The notes below the pieces were generated by a model, which ran no database searches, was not told where the DNA came from, and saw only the letters and a list, made by a program, of their open reading frames with translations. The position numbers were made by a program, and so were the translations under genes. A DNA stretch of 63,961 nt, counting the filler. It is 4 parts of 4 records of this genome, joined end to end, with 100 filler letters (N's around TTAATTAATTAA, not from the genome) between each part and the next. Parts side by side here need not be neighbours in the genome. Positions count along the whole stretch, not along the records: positions 1 to 29,727 come from SRR2962707_1107; 3 more parts are not named here. The stretch is one strand, 5' to 3'. Positions 10,001-20,041 of the stretch are shown here, piece after piece; the first letter of the stretch is position 1, and each line of letters starts with the position of its first letter.

Positions 10001-11809
10001 GTGGCTGATCAAACCGATACCCCCAAAAGGGCCCGCCCGTCGGTGCGTCCACTCACACGGCTCTATCCCTACATCCGGCGCTATCCGCATCTGGTGATTG
10101 GCGCTCTTGCGTTTCTGGCGCTGGCTGCCGTCACAACCCTCACCCTGCCCATGGCTGTGCGCCGGATGATCGACAACGGTTTCTCTGCGCAGGACGCCGG
10201 CTTCATCAACACCTACTTCTCCATGCTGGCAGCCATTGCCATCATGCTGGCGCTTGCTTCGGCCTGCCGCTATTATTTTGTCATCACGCTGGGGGAACGC
10301 GTGGTCGCCGATATCCGCCGCGATGTTTTCGATCATGTCACGGAATTGTCGGCCGCGTTTTATGACGCCAACCGCTCGGGTGAGATTGTCTCGCGTCTGA
10401 CCGCTGACACCACCCAGATCAAATCCACGGTTGGCGCGACCGCTTCGCTTGCCTTGCGCAACACGATTCTGTGCGTCGGCGCCGGCGTCATGATGTTCAT
10501 CACCTCGCCCAAGCTTTCGGCGCTGGTGCTGGTGGCGATTCCCGTTATCGTCTTCCCCATGGTCGGTTTCGGCCGCAAGGTAAGAGCACGCTCCCGCACC
10601 GCACAGGACAAGCTGGCCGAAGCCATGACCTTTGCCGGCGAATCCATCGGCGCGACCCGCACCGTGCAGGCCTTCAACACCGAGGCAAGCGCCCGCGCCC
10701 GTTTCAGCCATGCAGTCGAAGCCGCATTCACCGCGACCCGTCAATCCATTCTCGCCCGCTCCATCCTCACCGGCTTTGCCATCGCGATGGCGTTCGGCTC
10801 GGTGGTGGCAGTGCTCTGGTACGGCGCGCAATCGGTGCTGACGGGTGAGCTGACCCCCGGCACGCTTGGCCAGTTCCTGCTTTATTCGGTCTTTGCCGCA
10901 GGCAGTCTGGGCGCTTTGTCCGAAGTGTGGGGCGAGCTTTCCCAGGCAGCCGGTGCCGCCGAACGGCTGAGCGAATTGCTCGACGAGATCCCGGACATTC
11001 GGGCTCCCGAATCTCCAAAGGCGCTGCCCTCTCCCGCAATCGGCGACATCCGTTTTGACGATGTTCGCTTTGCCTACCCTGCCCGGCCGGACACATCTGC
11101 GCTCACCGGAACCAGCTTCCATGTGAGACCAGGTGAAACAGTGGCCGTCGTCGGTGCATCAGGTGCCGGCAAGTCGACCCTGTTCTCGCTGATCCTGAGG
11201 TTTTACGACACCACCAGCGGCACCGTGTTTGTCGACAACGTCGATGTGCGCGAGGCCGACCCTGCCGATGTCCGCGGCCGCATTGCACTGGTTCCGCAGG
11301 ACGTGACGATCTTCGCCGGCACCGTGGGCGACAACATCGCCTTCGGGCGCTCAGGAGCCAGCCAGTCCGACATAGAGGCCGCCGCTCAGGCAGCCCAGGC
11401 GCACGACTTCATCATGGCGCTCGACAAGGGCTATGACACCCCTGTGGGCGAGCGTGGCATCACCCTGTCGGGCGGTCAGCGCCAGCGTGTGGCGATTGCC
11501 CGGGCGATCCTGCGCGATGCACCTATTTTGCTGCTGGACGAAGCCACATCGGCGCTCGACGCAGAAAACGAAACCCTGGTGCAGAAAGCACTTGAAGGGC
11601 TGATGCTCGACCGCACGACAATCGTCATCGCCCACCGTCTCGCAACCGTGCTGCGCGCTGACCGCATTCTGGTGATGGACAAGGGTCAGATTGTCGAGGA
11701 AGGCAATCACGCCGAGCTGGTGGCCCGTGGCGGGCTCTATGCACGCCTTGCACGGCTGCAGTTCGAGCATGGGGCGGAGGCTCTGGCCGCAGGAGCCGTC
11801 GAGGCCTGA
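10001..11809 (+). CDS. ABC exporter, fused TMD+NBD (MsbA/ExsA-like)
   Basis: Six-TM domain, Walker [10 protein letters not shown], signature LSGGQRQR, Walker [16 protein letters not shown] start after AGGAG. Confidence 0.92.
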   Translation: MADQTDTPKRARPSVRPLTRLYPYIRRYPHLVIGALAFLALAAVTTLTLPMAVRRMIDNGFSAQDAGFINTYFSMLAAIAIMLALASACRYYFVITLGERVVADIRRDVFDHVTELSAAFYDANRSGEIVSRLTADTTQIKSTVGATASLALRNTILCVGAGVMMFITSPKLSALVLVAIPVIVFPMVGFGRKVRARSRTAQDKLAEAMTFAGESIGATRTVQAFNTEASARARFSHAVEAAFTATRQSILARSILTGFAIAMAFGSVVAVLWYGAQSVLTGELTPGTLGQFLLYSVFAAGSLGALSEVWGELSQAAGAAERLSELLDEIPDIRAPESPKALPSPAIGDIRFDDVRFAYPARPDTSALTGTSFHVRPGETVAVVGASGAGKSTLFSLILRFYDTTSGTVFVDNVDVREADPADVRGRIALVPQDVTIFAGTVGDNIAFGRSGASQSDIEAAAQAAQAHDFIMALDKGYDTPVGERGITLSGGQRQRVAIARAILRDAPILLLDEATSALDAENETLVQKALEGLMLDRTTIVIAHRLATVLRADRILVMDKGQIVEEGNHAELVARGGLYARLARLQFEHGAEALAAGAVEA

Positions 11810-11963
11810 TCGACAGCCGGCAAATAATTCTCTGAACTGCCGGCGGCATTGTTGTGAAACCCATCAAATCAGGGTAATTATCTGGCGTTCGTCTGGAAGC
11901 CACGCGGTGGATGGGACCTCTGACCGCGGGCTATAACGGGAACATTCAGAAGGTGTATCCACA

Positions 11964-12875
11964 ATGCGGAATGACGCGGAGTGGCGAACCCTGCTTTTGG
12001 CAGGCGTTTGCTATGCTGTGTGGTTGATGCTGGCGTTCGGGTGGGCTGACTTGCCGGACATGTTGCGTGTCCTGCTGCTGATCCCCACAATCACACTGCA
12101 TTCCTCTCTTCAACATGAATTTTTGCACGGTCATCCATTCAGGAACCAGAAATTAAACGATCTCTTGATCTCCCCGCCAATTGGAGTGCTGGTACCTTAT
12201 CTGCGCTTCAAATCCTGCCACCTCACTCACCACATCAACGAAAACATCACCGATCCCTATGACGATCCGGAGAGCTATTATCTCGACCGGGACGTCTGGG
12301 CGACCACTCCGGGCTGGCTGAAGCACCTGCTGGTGGCCAACAATACGCTCATCGGACGGGTTACCCTCGGCCCGGCCCTGGCCACAATCGGCTTTGCCCG
12401 AAGCGAGCTTGGTCGCATCAGAAGCGGTGACCGGGCCATCCTTACAACATGGCTGCGTCATGTTCTGGCAGTAACGTCGTTATTCTGGTTGGTCGCCACC
12501 TATGGCAGCCTTCACCCGGCGAGCTATTTTATCGCCGCCTATTTCGGCATGGGATTGTTGATGGTGCGCTCCTTCATCGAGCATCAGGCGGTCGAAAAAG
12601 CCAATCAGCGCTCGGTGATCATCGAAACACGAGGGCCTTTGAGCTTGCTGTTTCTCAACAACAACTTCCACTCGGTGCACCACGCCTATCCGTCGCTGGC
12701 CTGGTATCGCATCCCAGCGTTCTTCCGGGAAAACCGGGCCCGGTTTCTGCGCATGAATGGCGGTTACCGCTATCAAAGCTACTGGGAGGTGTTCCGGCGG
12801 TTTGCGCTGCGGCCCAAGGAGCCGGTGGCATGGCCTATCGAAGGCGCTCACAAGCAGCGTAGCGACGGCACGTGA
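11964..12875 (+). CDS. Membrane fatty-acid-desaturase-superfamily protein
   Basis: Three His boxes (HEFLHGH, HLTHH, HSVHH) with TM segments. Confidence 0.85.
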   Translation: MRNDAEWRTLLLAGVCYAVWLMLAFGWADLPDMLRVLLLIPTITLHSSLQHEFLHGHPFRNQKLNDLLISPPIGVLVPYLRFKSCHLTHHINENITDPYDDPESYYLDRDVWATTPGWLKHLLVANNTLIGRVTLGPALATIGFARSELGRIRSGDRAILTTWLRHVLAVTSLFWLVATYGSLHPASYFIAAYFGMGLLMVRSFIEHQAVEKANQRSVIIETRGPLSLLFLNNNFHSVHHAYPSLAWYRIPAFFRENRARFLRMNGGYRYQSYWEVFRRFALRPKEPVAWPIEGAHKQRSDGT

Positions 12876-13690
12876 GCGATCTCCAGCAGCAAACAGGCGG
12901 CGGCATGACTGGCGCCGCCTCCCTGCCGATGTATGACTGGCCAGAGATCCGCGAAGCGACTGACAGTCTTTGGTTCGCAGTGCGCCGACAACTGTTGGAA
13001 CGGGGAATCGAGGCACCTGGCGTTCTTGATCGGAATTCTGATCCTGAGTTGCTGTGGAACGATCCTGCCCTGCTCCTGTCCCAGACCTGCGGCTACCCCT
13101 ATGCCAACATGCTGGCCGACAAGGTGGCACTCGTGGGGGCACCGGCCCATGCCATCACCGGCGCTGCACCCGGCAGCTATTACAGCGTACTGGTGGCCCG
13201 CAGGAAAGATGCACCGGAGGGTCTGGATGATCTGAGTGGCAAGCGCTTCGCTTACAACATGCAGCATTCGCAATCCGGGTTCGCAGCACCTGTCCGGCTG
13301 CTTGCCGCAACGGAACTGGCGTCACTACCGGAGCCGCTGGAAACCGGCGCGCACCGCGCCTCGATACGCGCTGTTGCGGATGGTGAGGCAGAGTGGGCAG
13401 CCATTGACGCCGTGACATGGGAACTGGCCAAGCGCCACGAGCCGGCTTCACAAGACCTGACAGTCTTTGCGAGAACGCGGGAAACCCCTGCCTTGCCGCT
13501 GATCACCAGTCTTCAGCATGCCAAACAGACAGGCACCATTGCAGATGCATTTGAGGCCGCAATCACAGAATTGGACGAGCAAAGCCGTGATGCAGTGCTC
13601 ATCACCGGGCTGACGCGGTTCAAGCCGGAAGACTATGCACCGCTGGCGGATCCGCTTCCGATATCACTGGTCTTCCCGAGCCTCCGCTAA
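12872..13690 (+). CDS. PhnD/SsuA-like substrate-binding-fold protein
   Basis: Motifs SLPMYD, LSQTCGYP, SQSG, TGAHRASI and AAIDAVTW. 4-bp GTGA overlap with the desaturase. No obvious signal peptide. Confidence 0.78.
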   Translation: MSDLQQQTGGGMTGAASLPMYDWPEIREATDSLWFAVRRQLLERGIEAPGVLDRNSDPELLWNDPALLLSQTCGYPYANMLADKVALVGAPAHAITGAAPGSYYSVLVARRKDAPEGLDDLSGKRFAYNMQHSQSGFAAPVRLLAATELASLPEPLETGAHRASIRAVADGEAEWAAIDAVTWELAKRHEPASQDLTVFARTRETPALPLITSLQHAKQTGTIADAFEAAITELDEQSRDAVLITGLTRFKPEDYAPLADPLPISLVFPSLR

Positions 13691-13720
13691 GGCGACCCCA
13701 CCAGACCGGATCGCTACCTA

Positions 13721-14752
13721 TCAGCGTTCCGTCAGCTTGAGCTCAATGCGTCGATTGGTGGCGCGGTCAACATCGGTGTCGCCTTCGGCAATCGGCTGGA
13801 ACTCGCCGAAGCCGGCTGCCACCAGACGGTTGGCAGGTACGCCCTCGGTGACCAGATATTTGACCACAGAGGTCGCGCGTGCGCTGGAAAGCTCCCAGTT
13901 GTCGGCATAGCGGCCATTGCCGGACAACGGCACGTTGTCGGTGTGACCATCTACGCGCAGAACCCAGTTGATCTCGTCGGGAATTTCGCGTGCAAGCTCG
14001 ATGATCGCAGCGGCAAGTTTGGCCATCTGTTCCTTGCCGGCAGGATTGAGCTCATTGCCGCCTGATGGAAACAGCACTTCCGACTGGAACACGAACCGGT
14101 CGCCCACCACCCGCACATCCTCGCGGCTGGACAGGATCTCGCGCAAGCGGCCAAAGAAATCGGACCGGTAGCGGTTCAGTTCCTGCACCCTTTGTGCCAA
14201 GGCAACATTGAGGCGACGGCCCAGATCAGCGATCTTCGCCTGGGTCTCGCGGTCCTTGCTCTCCGACACATCAAGTGCATCCTCGAGCGCGCCAAGCTGG
14301 GTCCTCAGTGCGGCAATCTGCTGGTTCAGCAAGTCGACCTGATTAAGTGCCCGTTGAGAGACCTTCTTTTCCGCATCGAGTGTTTCCGACAACGTGCCGA
14401 TCTTGGCTTCTGCGGCGCTGCTTGCGCCTGACCCGCTGGCCAGCAGTTCCTGCAGCCTCGACCGGTCTGATTCGGATTCTGATAGAGAAGCCTGCAAATT
14501 GGCCAGCGTGTCCTCAAGGTCCTGCGAGCCCGAACGCTCAAGCGCCAGAAGCTGGGTCAGTTCATTGATCTGGCTGTTGAGCCGGTTGAGCACCTGATCC
14601 CGGCCGGAAATTTCGCGCGACAGGAAAAACTGCGCCAAAACAAACACCGTGAGCAGAAACATGATGGCCAGAAGCAGTGTCGACAAGGCATCGACAAACC
14701 CCGGCCAGTAGTCGACCGTCCGCTCCCGCCGCCGGTTTCGTGCCAGCGCCAT
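13721..14752 (-). CDS. MotB/OmpA-family peptidoglycan-binding membrane protein with long coiled coil
   Basis: N-terminal TM YWPGFVDALSTLLL with the conserved Asp, then a coiled coil, then OmpA-like VDGHTD...NWELSSARA...NRRIE. Confidence 0.88.
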   Translation of the reverse strand: MALARNRRRERTVDYWPGFVDALSTLLLAIMFLLTVFVLAQFFLSREISGRDQVLNRLNSQINELTQLLALERSGSQDLEDTLANLQASLSESESDRSRLQELLASGSGASSAAEAKIGTLSETLDAEKKVSQRALNQVDLLNQQIAALRTQLGALEDALDVSESKDRETQAKIADLGRRLNVALAQRVQELNRYRSDFFGRLREILSSREDVRVVGDRFVFQSEVLFPSGGNELNPAGKEQMAKLAAAIIELAREIPDEINWVLRVDGHTDNVPLSGNGRYADNWELSSARATSVVKYLVTEGVPANRLVAAGFGEFQPIAEGDTDVDRATNRRIELKLTER

Positions 14753-14755
14753 GGC

Positions 14756-15778
14756 CTATTTGTCCCCGATCTTGTCGGCAAGCTTGTCGAGTGTTTCGCG
14801 CAAGCGACGCGATTCAACCTGCTGCGCCTCGATCCAGTCCCTGAGCATCTGTTGCTCGTTGCGCATGTTTTTCACCAGCCCCTGAATGCCTTCCGCCAGA
14901 CTGGCCATCGCGGCCGTCGTCCGCGGTGTCATGCCGGATTCTTGCGACAGAGACTGCATCCGCTCGGACAGCATCCGGATTTCTTCGGTCGTACCGGAGG
15001 TTTCTGGTGCCACCACCATGCCCGAATCCAGATCCGTCATCGTCGACAGCCAGTTTTCAAGCTCGGTGTAGAATCGGTTCTGCGCACGGCCCGCCTGCAG
15101 ATCAAGGAAGCCCAGCACCAGCGATCCGGCAAGACCAAACAGAGACGAGGAGAACGCCGTCCCCATGCCGTCCAGCGGCGCTGACAGGCCACTCTTCAGT
15201 GTAGACAAAACATCTTCAGTGCCGCCGGTCCCCGGATCCAGCGACTGGATCACCTGATTGATCGAACCGATGGTGCCAAGCAGGCCCCAGAATGTGCCAA
15301 GCAGGCCGAGAAAAACCAGAAGTCCGATGAGATAGCGGGACGTGTCGCGGGATTCATCAAGCCGTGTGCCAATCGAATCAAGGATAGACCGCAGCGACGA
15401 GGTCGACAGCGCCATTTCCTGGCGGCGGCCAATCAGCGCCCGCATCGGCGCAAGCAGCACCGGATCACGTCCGACCTTCTCGGCATCGCCCGTTGCGCGC
15501 AGTGAATTGACCCAGCGAACTTCCGGACGAAGCCTCAGCACATGGGTGAACACCAGCAGCGCACCAATGACCAAAACCCCGACAATAAGCCCATTAAGGC
15601 CGGGATTGGCGAGAAATGCCGTCTGAATTTGCCGGTAGAGAATGGCCGCAACAAATCCGGAGAGGATGAGAAAAATCATCATGCTCCAGAAGAACACCAG
15701 CGGACTGGACAGCTTGTGCGGATCCGCACCGCTGCCGTCTTCGGAGATACCCCATCCAGACATCGTCAGTTTTGCCAT
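14756..15778 (-). CDS. MotA/TolQ/ExbB proton-channel family protein
   Basis: TM motifs LGLLGTFWGL and GMGTAFSSSLFGL. Directly upstream of the MotB-like gene. Confidence 0.87.
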   Translation of the reverse strand: MAKLTMSGWGISEDGSGADPHKLSSPLVFFWSMMIFLILSGFVAAILYRQIQTAFLANPGLNGLIVGVLVIGALLVFTHVLRLRPEVRWVNSLRATGDAEKVGRDPVLLAPMRALIGRRQEMALSTSSLRSILDSIGTRLDESRDTSRYLIGLLVFLGLLGTFWGLLGTIGSINQVIQSLDPGTGGTEDVLSTLKSGLSAPLDGMGTAFSSSLFGLAGSLVLGFLDLQAGRAQNRFYTELENWLSTMTDLDSGMVVAPETSGTTEEIRMLSERMQSLSQESGMTPRTTAAMASLAEGIQGLVKNMRNEQQMLRDWIEAQQVESRRLRETLDKLADKIGDK

Positions 15779-15886
15779 GCGTTATCCGTCCCGGCCCTTG
15801 TCCCAAATCATAAGATCAGGCGGAGACTAACCGATAATATGGCGGAAATGAAAGCATGCTTTCAAAACAAGGCTGTGACCTTGGTA

Positions 15887-16687
15887 TCAGGCTTTCGGGA
15901 TCGGCCGCTGAACAAGTTCGAGAAGCCCCTTGAGGATGTACTCATTGCCCGCGGCAACCGACCGGCTACCGAACATATCGGTTCCACCCTTGGCGTCGGA
16001 CACAAACCCGCCGGCTTCCCGGATCAACAGGATGCCTGCGGCCATGTCCCACGGTTCAAGCGGTGTTTCCCAAAATCCGTCGAGCCTGCCGGCTGCGACA
16101 TAAGCCAGGTCAAGTGCTGCAGCACCCATGCGCCGGATACCGGCGCATTCGCCCATCACATGGCGCAATTCAACCAGGAACTTGCCGTGGTGTCCGCGCC
16201 CGAGATGCGGGACGCCAGTGCCGATCACCGCATCCGACATAGCCTTGCGTCCGGCTACCCTGAGACGGCGGTCATTGAGAAATGCGCCACCGCCACGCTC
16301 GGCGGTGTAAAGCTCGTCCGTGGAAGGATTGTAGATAACCCCGGCCACGATCTCGCCATTGCGCTCAAGCGCGATGGACACCGCAAAATGCGGCATGCCG
16401 TGCAGGAAGTTCGTGGTGCCATCCAGTGGATCGACAATCCAGCGGTGCGCGCCGTCAGTGCCTTTCTGCTCCGCACTTTCTTCGCCCATGAATCCATAGG
16501 TCGGGCGCGCGCGCAGCAGCTCGGTCTTGATGATGGTTTCGGCCTTGTGGTCTGCCTGGCTGACAAAATCAGCTGGCCCCTTGAGCGAGACCTGGAGGTT
16601 TTGCACCTCGCCAAAGTCACGCGCAAGCGAACGTCCGGCCTTGAGCGCCGATTGAACCATTACATTGAGAAGGGCTGAACGCGCCAT
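15887..16687 (-). CDS. suhB: Inositol monophosphatase SuhB
   Basis: Motifs WIVDPLDGTTNF, GAAALDL and WDMAAG. Confidence 0.92.
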   Translation of the reverse strand: MARSALLNVMVQSALKAGRSLARDFGEVQNLQVSLKGPADFVSQADHKAETIIKTELLRARPTYGFMGEESAEQKGTDGAHRWIVDPLDGTTNFLHGMPHFAVSIALERNGEIVAGVIYNPSTDELYTAERGGGAFLNDRRLRVAGRKAMSDAVIGTGVPHLGRGHHGKFLVELRHVMGECAGIRRMGAAALDLAYVAAGRLDGFWETPLEPWDMAAGILLIREAGGFVSDAKGGTDMFGSRSVAAGNEYILKGLLELVQRPIPKA

Positions 16688-16780
16688 CTTGGTTTTTCCT
16701 TGGTGTCGGCGGCGCGATGCACAAACGCGCCATACGCCGGTATCTCAGGGCTCGAAGCGGACCATGGTCTTGCGACCGGT

Positions 16781-17344
16781 TTAGTCAGCGCGGCGCAGAT
16801 AGGTCAATTCATTGGTGTCCACAATCACCCGCTCACCGGACGAGATGAACGGCGGCACCAGGATGCGCACGCCATTTTCAAGGATCGCAGGCTTGTAGGA
16901 CGATGCCGCAGTCTGGCCCTTGACCACCGGATCGGCTTCCGCGATTGCCAGCGTTACATGATCCGGCAGGGCAATACCGATCGGCCGCTCTTCATGCAGT
17001 TCGACAGTCACCATCATGCCGTCCTGCAGGAAGGCGCGGCGGTCGCCGACAAAGTCTTTCTGCAGTTCAAGCTGCTCATAGCTCTCCAGATCCATGAACA
17101 CCAGAGCGTCGCCCTGCTCATAAAGGAACTGGAAGTCCTTCTGCTCGAGCCGGATACGCTCGACGGTCTCGGACGCCCGGAAGCGCTCGTTGAGCTTGGT
17201 GCCGTCGATGAGGTTCTTCATCTCGACCTGGTTGAAGGCGCCGCCCTTGCCGGGCTTGACCGCATTGGTCTTCACCACGGCCCACAGGCCGCCATTGTGC
17301 TCAAGCACGTTGCCGGGGCGAATTTCGTTTCCGTTGATTTTCAT
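16781..17344 (-). CDS. efp: Translation elongation factor P
   Basis: [11 protein letters not shown], the KPGKGG loop, and KGQTA...KPAILENG...VPPFI. Confidence 0.96.
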   Translation of the reverse strand: MKINGNEIRPGNVLEHNGGLWAVVKTNAVKPGKGGAFNQVEMKNLIDGTKLNERFRASETVERIRLEQKDFQFLYEQGDALVFMDLESYEQLELQKDFVGDRRAFLQDGMMVTVELHEERPIGIALPDHVTLAIAEADPVVKGQTAASSYKPAILENGVRILVPPFISSGERVIVDTNELTYLRRAD

Positions 17345-17466
17345 GAGAGCGTTCCGCGTCAAGCTTTGTTCGGGCCCGGTTTTCGGCCCCGCTTGGCGGC
17401 CTCAAGACCACAAAAACCGGAGCTTTTCAAGTCTGCGCCTTGTGACAGCTGTTTCAGGCAGCTGAA

Positions 17467-18483
17467 TTAACGCTTGCCGAACTTGTTTGCAGCCTCGATC
17501 GCGCGCTTTTGCTCGTCTTCGGTCAGGCCCTGGTAAAAATCGTCAAGCGCTCTGTCGTCATAGCCTGCGCGGCGCGACAGGATATACCATTTGCCGGCCT
17601 CAACCGGATCACCACTGGTCCCGATCGCATTGATGTGCAGCACTGCCATCCGGTTCTGGGCCACCACATTGCCCCGTGTTGCGGCAACCTCCATCCAGCG
17701 ATACCCGGCCTCATAGTCCTTCGGACCGCCGATCCCGTCAATCAGCCAGATAGCGTAGTCCAGCTGCGCGGTGTCATAGCCGCCACGCGCTGCCTTCTCC
17801 ATGAATTCGCGAGCCCTTGCCCGCTTTTCGTCAGAAACACCGTCGGTATTGCGATAAATCTGGGCGAGCGCGTATTGCGCATCCGCAACACCCTGCTCGG
17901 CAGCTTTCTCGAAATAGGGGAGCGCCTCAAATAATCCGGTACTGCCGGGCTTCTGGGAAACCAGAAACTGCGCATGGTTGAACTGGGCAAACGCATTTCC
18001 TGCATCCGCCGCCTTCTTCATCAGTTCTTCGGCCTTGGCCTTGTCGGCTTCGACATATTTTCCCTCCAGCAGCATCAAACCATATTTGAACTGCGCGGAG
18101 GCATCTCCGTTTTCGGCAGCCTGCTTGTACCAGAATGCCGCGTCATCCATATTGCGCGCCACGCCGAGCCCGGAGGCAAACAGTTCGGCAAGCAAGGTCT
18201 GTGCGGCCGGATCCCCCAGTTGCGCACGCGGCAGCGCCAGTTCCATCGCTGTTAGATAATAGCCGCGCTGAAATGCACCAAAGGCTCGCAAAGTGGCATC
18301 TGCGGGAGATTTGTCGTCTTTCACTTCGACTGCGGGCGCAGTGTCGCCGCCTTCGGTCTGGGCGAGCGAAGGCCCGCCGACCAGCGTCAGCATCAGCACC
18401 AAGGGAAACAGTCTGGATGATCGGCAAACCATGGAAACCATCCTGGGGTAAGTCAAAACGTCAAACTCGGACATTTTGCCCAT
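17467..18483 (-). CDS. Secreted Sel1-like repeat protein
   Basis: Repeated A..WY..AAE.G...AQ motifs and a signal-like hydrophobic segment. Start uncertain. Confidence 0.85.
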   Translation of the reverse strand: MGKMSEFDVLTYPRMVSMVCRSSRLFPLVLMLTLVGGPSLAQTEGGDTAPAVEVKDDKSPADATLRAFGAFQRGYYLTAMELALPRAQLGDPAAQTLLAELFASGLGVARNMDDAAFWYKQAAENGDASAQFKYGLMLLEGKYVEADKAKAEELMKKAADAGNAFAQFNHAQFLVSQKPGSTGLFEALPYFEKAAEQGVADAQYALAQIYRNTDGVSDEKRARAREFMEKAARGGYDTAQLDYAIWLIDGIGGPKDYEAGYRWMEVAATRGNVVAQNRMAVLHINAIGTSGDPVEAGKWYILSRRAGYDDRALDDFYQGLTEDEQKRAIEAANKFGKR

Positions 18484-19136
18484 TATCGGCCTAACCGTGG
18501 CGCTTTTTCGTCAAGGGTCGCATTGATTTCAGCGACAATCCGCGCAGCATTAGCAGGATCGGCAAAAACCGCCTTGCCGAAAACGATGAATTCGGCTCGC
18601 GTTTGCGCCATCTCTTCTACAAACGCGGTGCTTGTTCCCCCCATCAGCAGGCAGGGAATCTCGATCATGTCGGCCCACCATTCCGCCAGCGCAATGTTCT
18701 TGGAATGCGGTTCCGGTTTGATATCGCCATCAATTTTTCCGAAGATCACATAATCCGGCTGGGCCTCGCCGATCGACAACGCAGCGTGACGTTCGCGCGC
18801 GTTGCCGCCACCGACGATCAAGCCCGGGGCGTGACGCCCGACGGCCTCGGCCATGGCGGTCGGGCCAACTTCGATGTGCAGCCCATCAGGCCTCACTCGT
18901 CCGGCAACCCTGGAATCACCAGCCACAAGCGCCGCAGCGCCTGCGTCTTGAATGACAGGTATCAGCGCCTCGCAACGTTTCTGGAAGCTTTTTTCGTCCA
19001 GATCGTTTTGCGGAATGATCACGGAGGCAACATCGCCGCCGCGGAGCGCATCCCCCGTCACGGCCGCCAATTCAGCGGCATCGGCAATGTCTGGTGTCAC
19101 GAGAACGAGGCGGCAACGGTTGATGGCGTCGGTCAT
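18483..19136 (-). CDS. Thiamine-phosphate-synthase-like (ThiE/TenI) protein
   Basis: Motifs RCRLVLVTP, DGLH, DYVIFG and WWADMIEIPC. Start set at MTDAINRCRL. Confidence 0.82.
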   Translation of the reverse strand: MTDAINRCRLVLVTPDIADAAELAAVTGDALRGGDVASVIIPQNDLDEKSFQKRCEALIPVIQDAGAAALVAGDSRVAGRVRPDGLHIEVGPTAMAEAVGRHAPGLIVGGGNARERHAALSIGEAQPDYVIFGKIDGDIKPEPHSKNIALAEWWADMIEIPCLLMGGTSTAFVEEMAQTRAEFIVFGKAVFADPANAARIVAEINATLDEKAPRLGR

Positions 19137-19228
19137 GGAAGATCCTGTCGGAGTCGGCGCTAAAAGCCGATATGGCCAATTGAGTGCAAACGGGATAGAC
19201 CGGCGCGGCATAAGGATCAACCACCACG

Positions 19229-20005
19229 ATGATGACAGACCCCTTCTTCTATGCCGCAGCCATCCCGGCCGTCATCATGGTTGGCCTGTCAAAGGGCGGC
19301 TTCGGCGGCGCCATGGCTTTGTTGGGAGTGCCGCTGATGGCGCTTGCCATCTCACCGGTTCAGGCCGCGGCAATCCTGCTGCCTATCCTCATTGTTATGG
19401 ATATAGTCAGCCTCTGGACCTGGCGCAGCCAGAAGGATAACCGGACGCTGGTCATCATGGTGCCGGGCGCGCTGATCGGCATCGCCATCGGTTGGGCAAC
19501 AGCAGCCTGGGTGACCGTCCCGATGATCCGGCTTGTCGTTGGCGCCGTGGCTCTCTGGTTTGTCTGGCGGTATCTGGTCCAGCGGATCGCTACGGCCCGC
19601 ACCGGCGGAGAACAACTGCCGCTCAAACACAACACCGCCAAAGGCATGTTCTGGGGCACACTGGCGGGCTTCACCAGTTTCGTCTCCCACGCCGGCGGCC
19701 CGCCCTACCAGATCTACACCTTGCCGCTGCGCCAGGATCCCAAGACCTACACGGGAACCAGCGTCCGCTTCTTCGCCATCATCAATGCGATCAAACTGGT
19801 GCCCTATTTTGCGCTCGGGCAGTTTGACGCAACCAATCTGTCCACCTCCCTGGTTCTCGCCCCCTTGGCGCCGGTGGCGACACTGGCCGGCGCTTTCATC
19901 GTTCGGCGCATGAAGCCGGATATATTTTATCCCTTCATGTACGTGATGGTCTTCCTTGCCGCGCTGAAACTGATCTGGGATGGCGCCATTCATCTATTGG
20001 CTTGA
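19229..20005 (+). CDS. Sulfite exporter TauE/SafE family
   Basis: Motifs GLSKGGFGG and GFTSFVSHAGGPP, about 8 TM. Confidence 0.87.
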   Translation: MMTDPFFYAAAIPAVIMVGLSKGGFGGAMALLGVPLMALAISPVQAAAILLPILIVMDIVSLWTWRSQKDNRTLVIMVPGALIGIAIGWATAAWVTVPMIRLVVGAVALWFVWRYLVQRIATARTGGEQLPLKHNTAKGMFWGTLAGFTSFVSHAGGPPYQIYTLPLRQDPKTYTGTSVRFFAIINAIKLVPYFALGQFDATNLSTSLVLAPLAPVATLAGAFIVRRMKPDIFYPFMYVMVFLAALKLIWDGAIHLLA

Positions 20006-20041
20006 TGACAACACCACTTCGAGGTGATTTGATGCTGATCA

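Noticed and set aside
13721-15778. Zorya ZorAB anti-phage system
   Set aside because: There is no zorC/D/E and no very long ZorA tail, and the context is housekeeping (efp-suhB).
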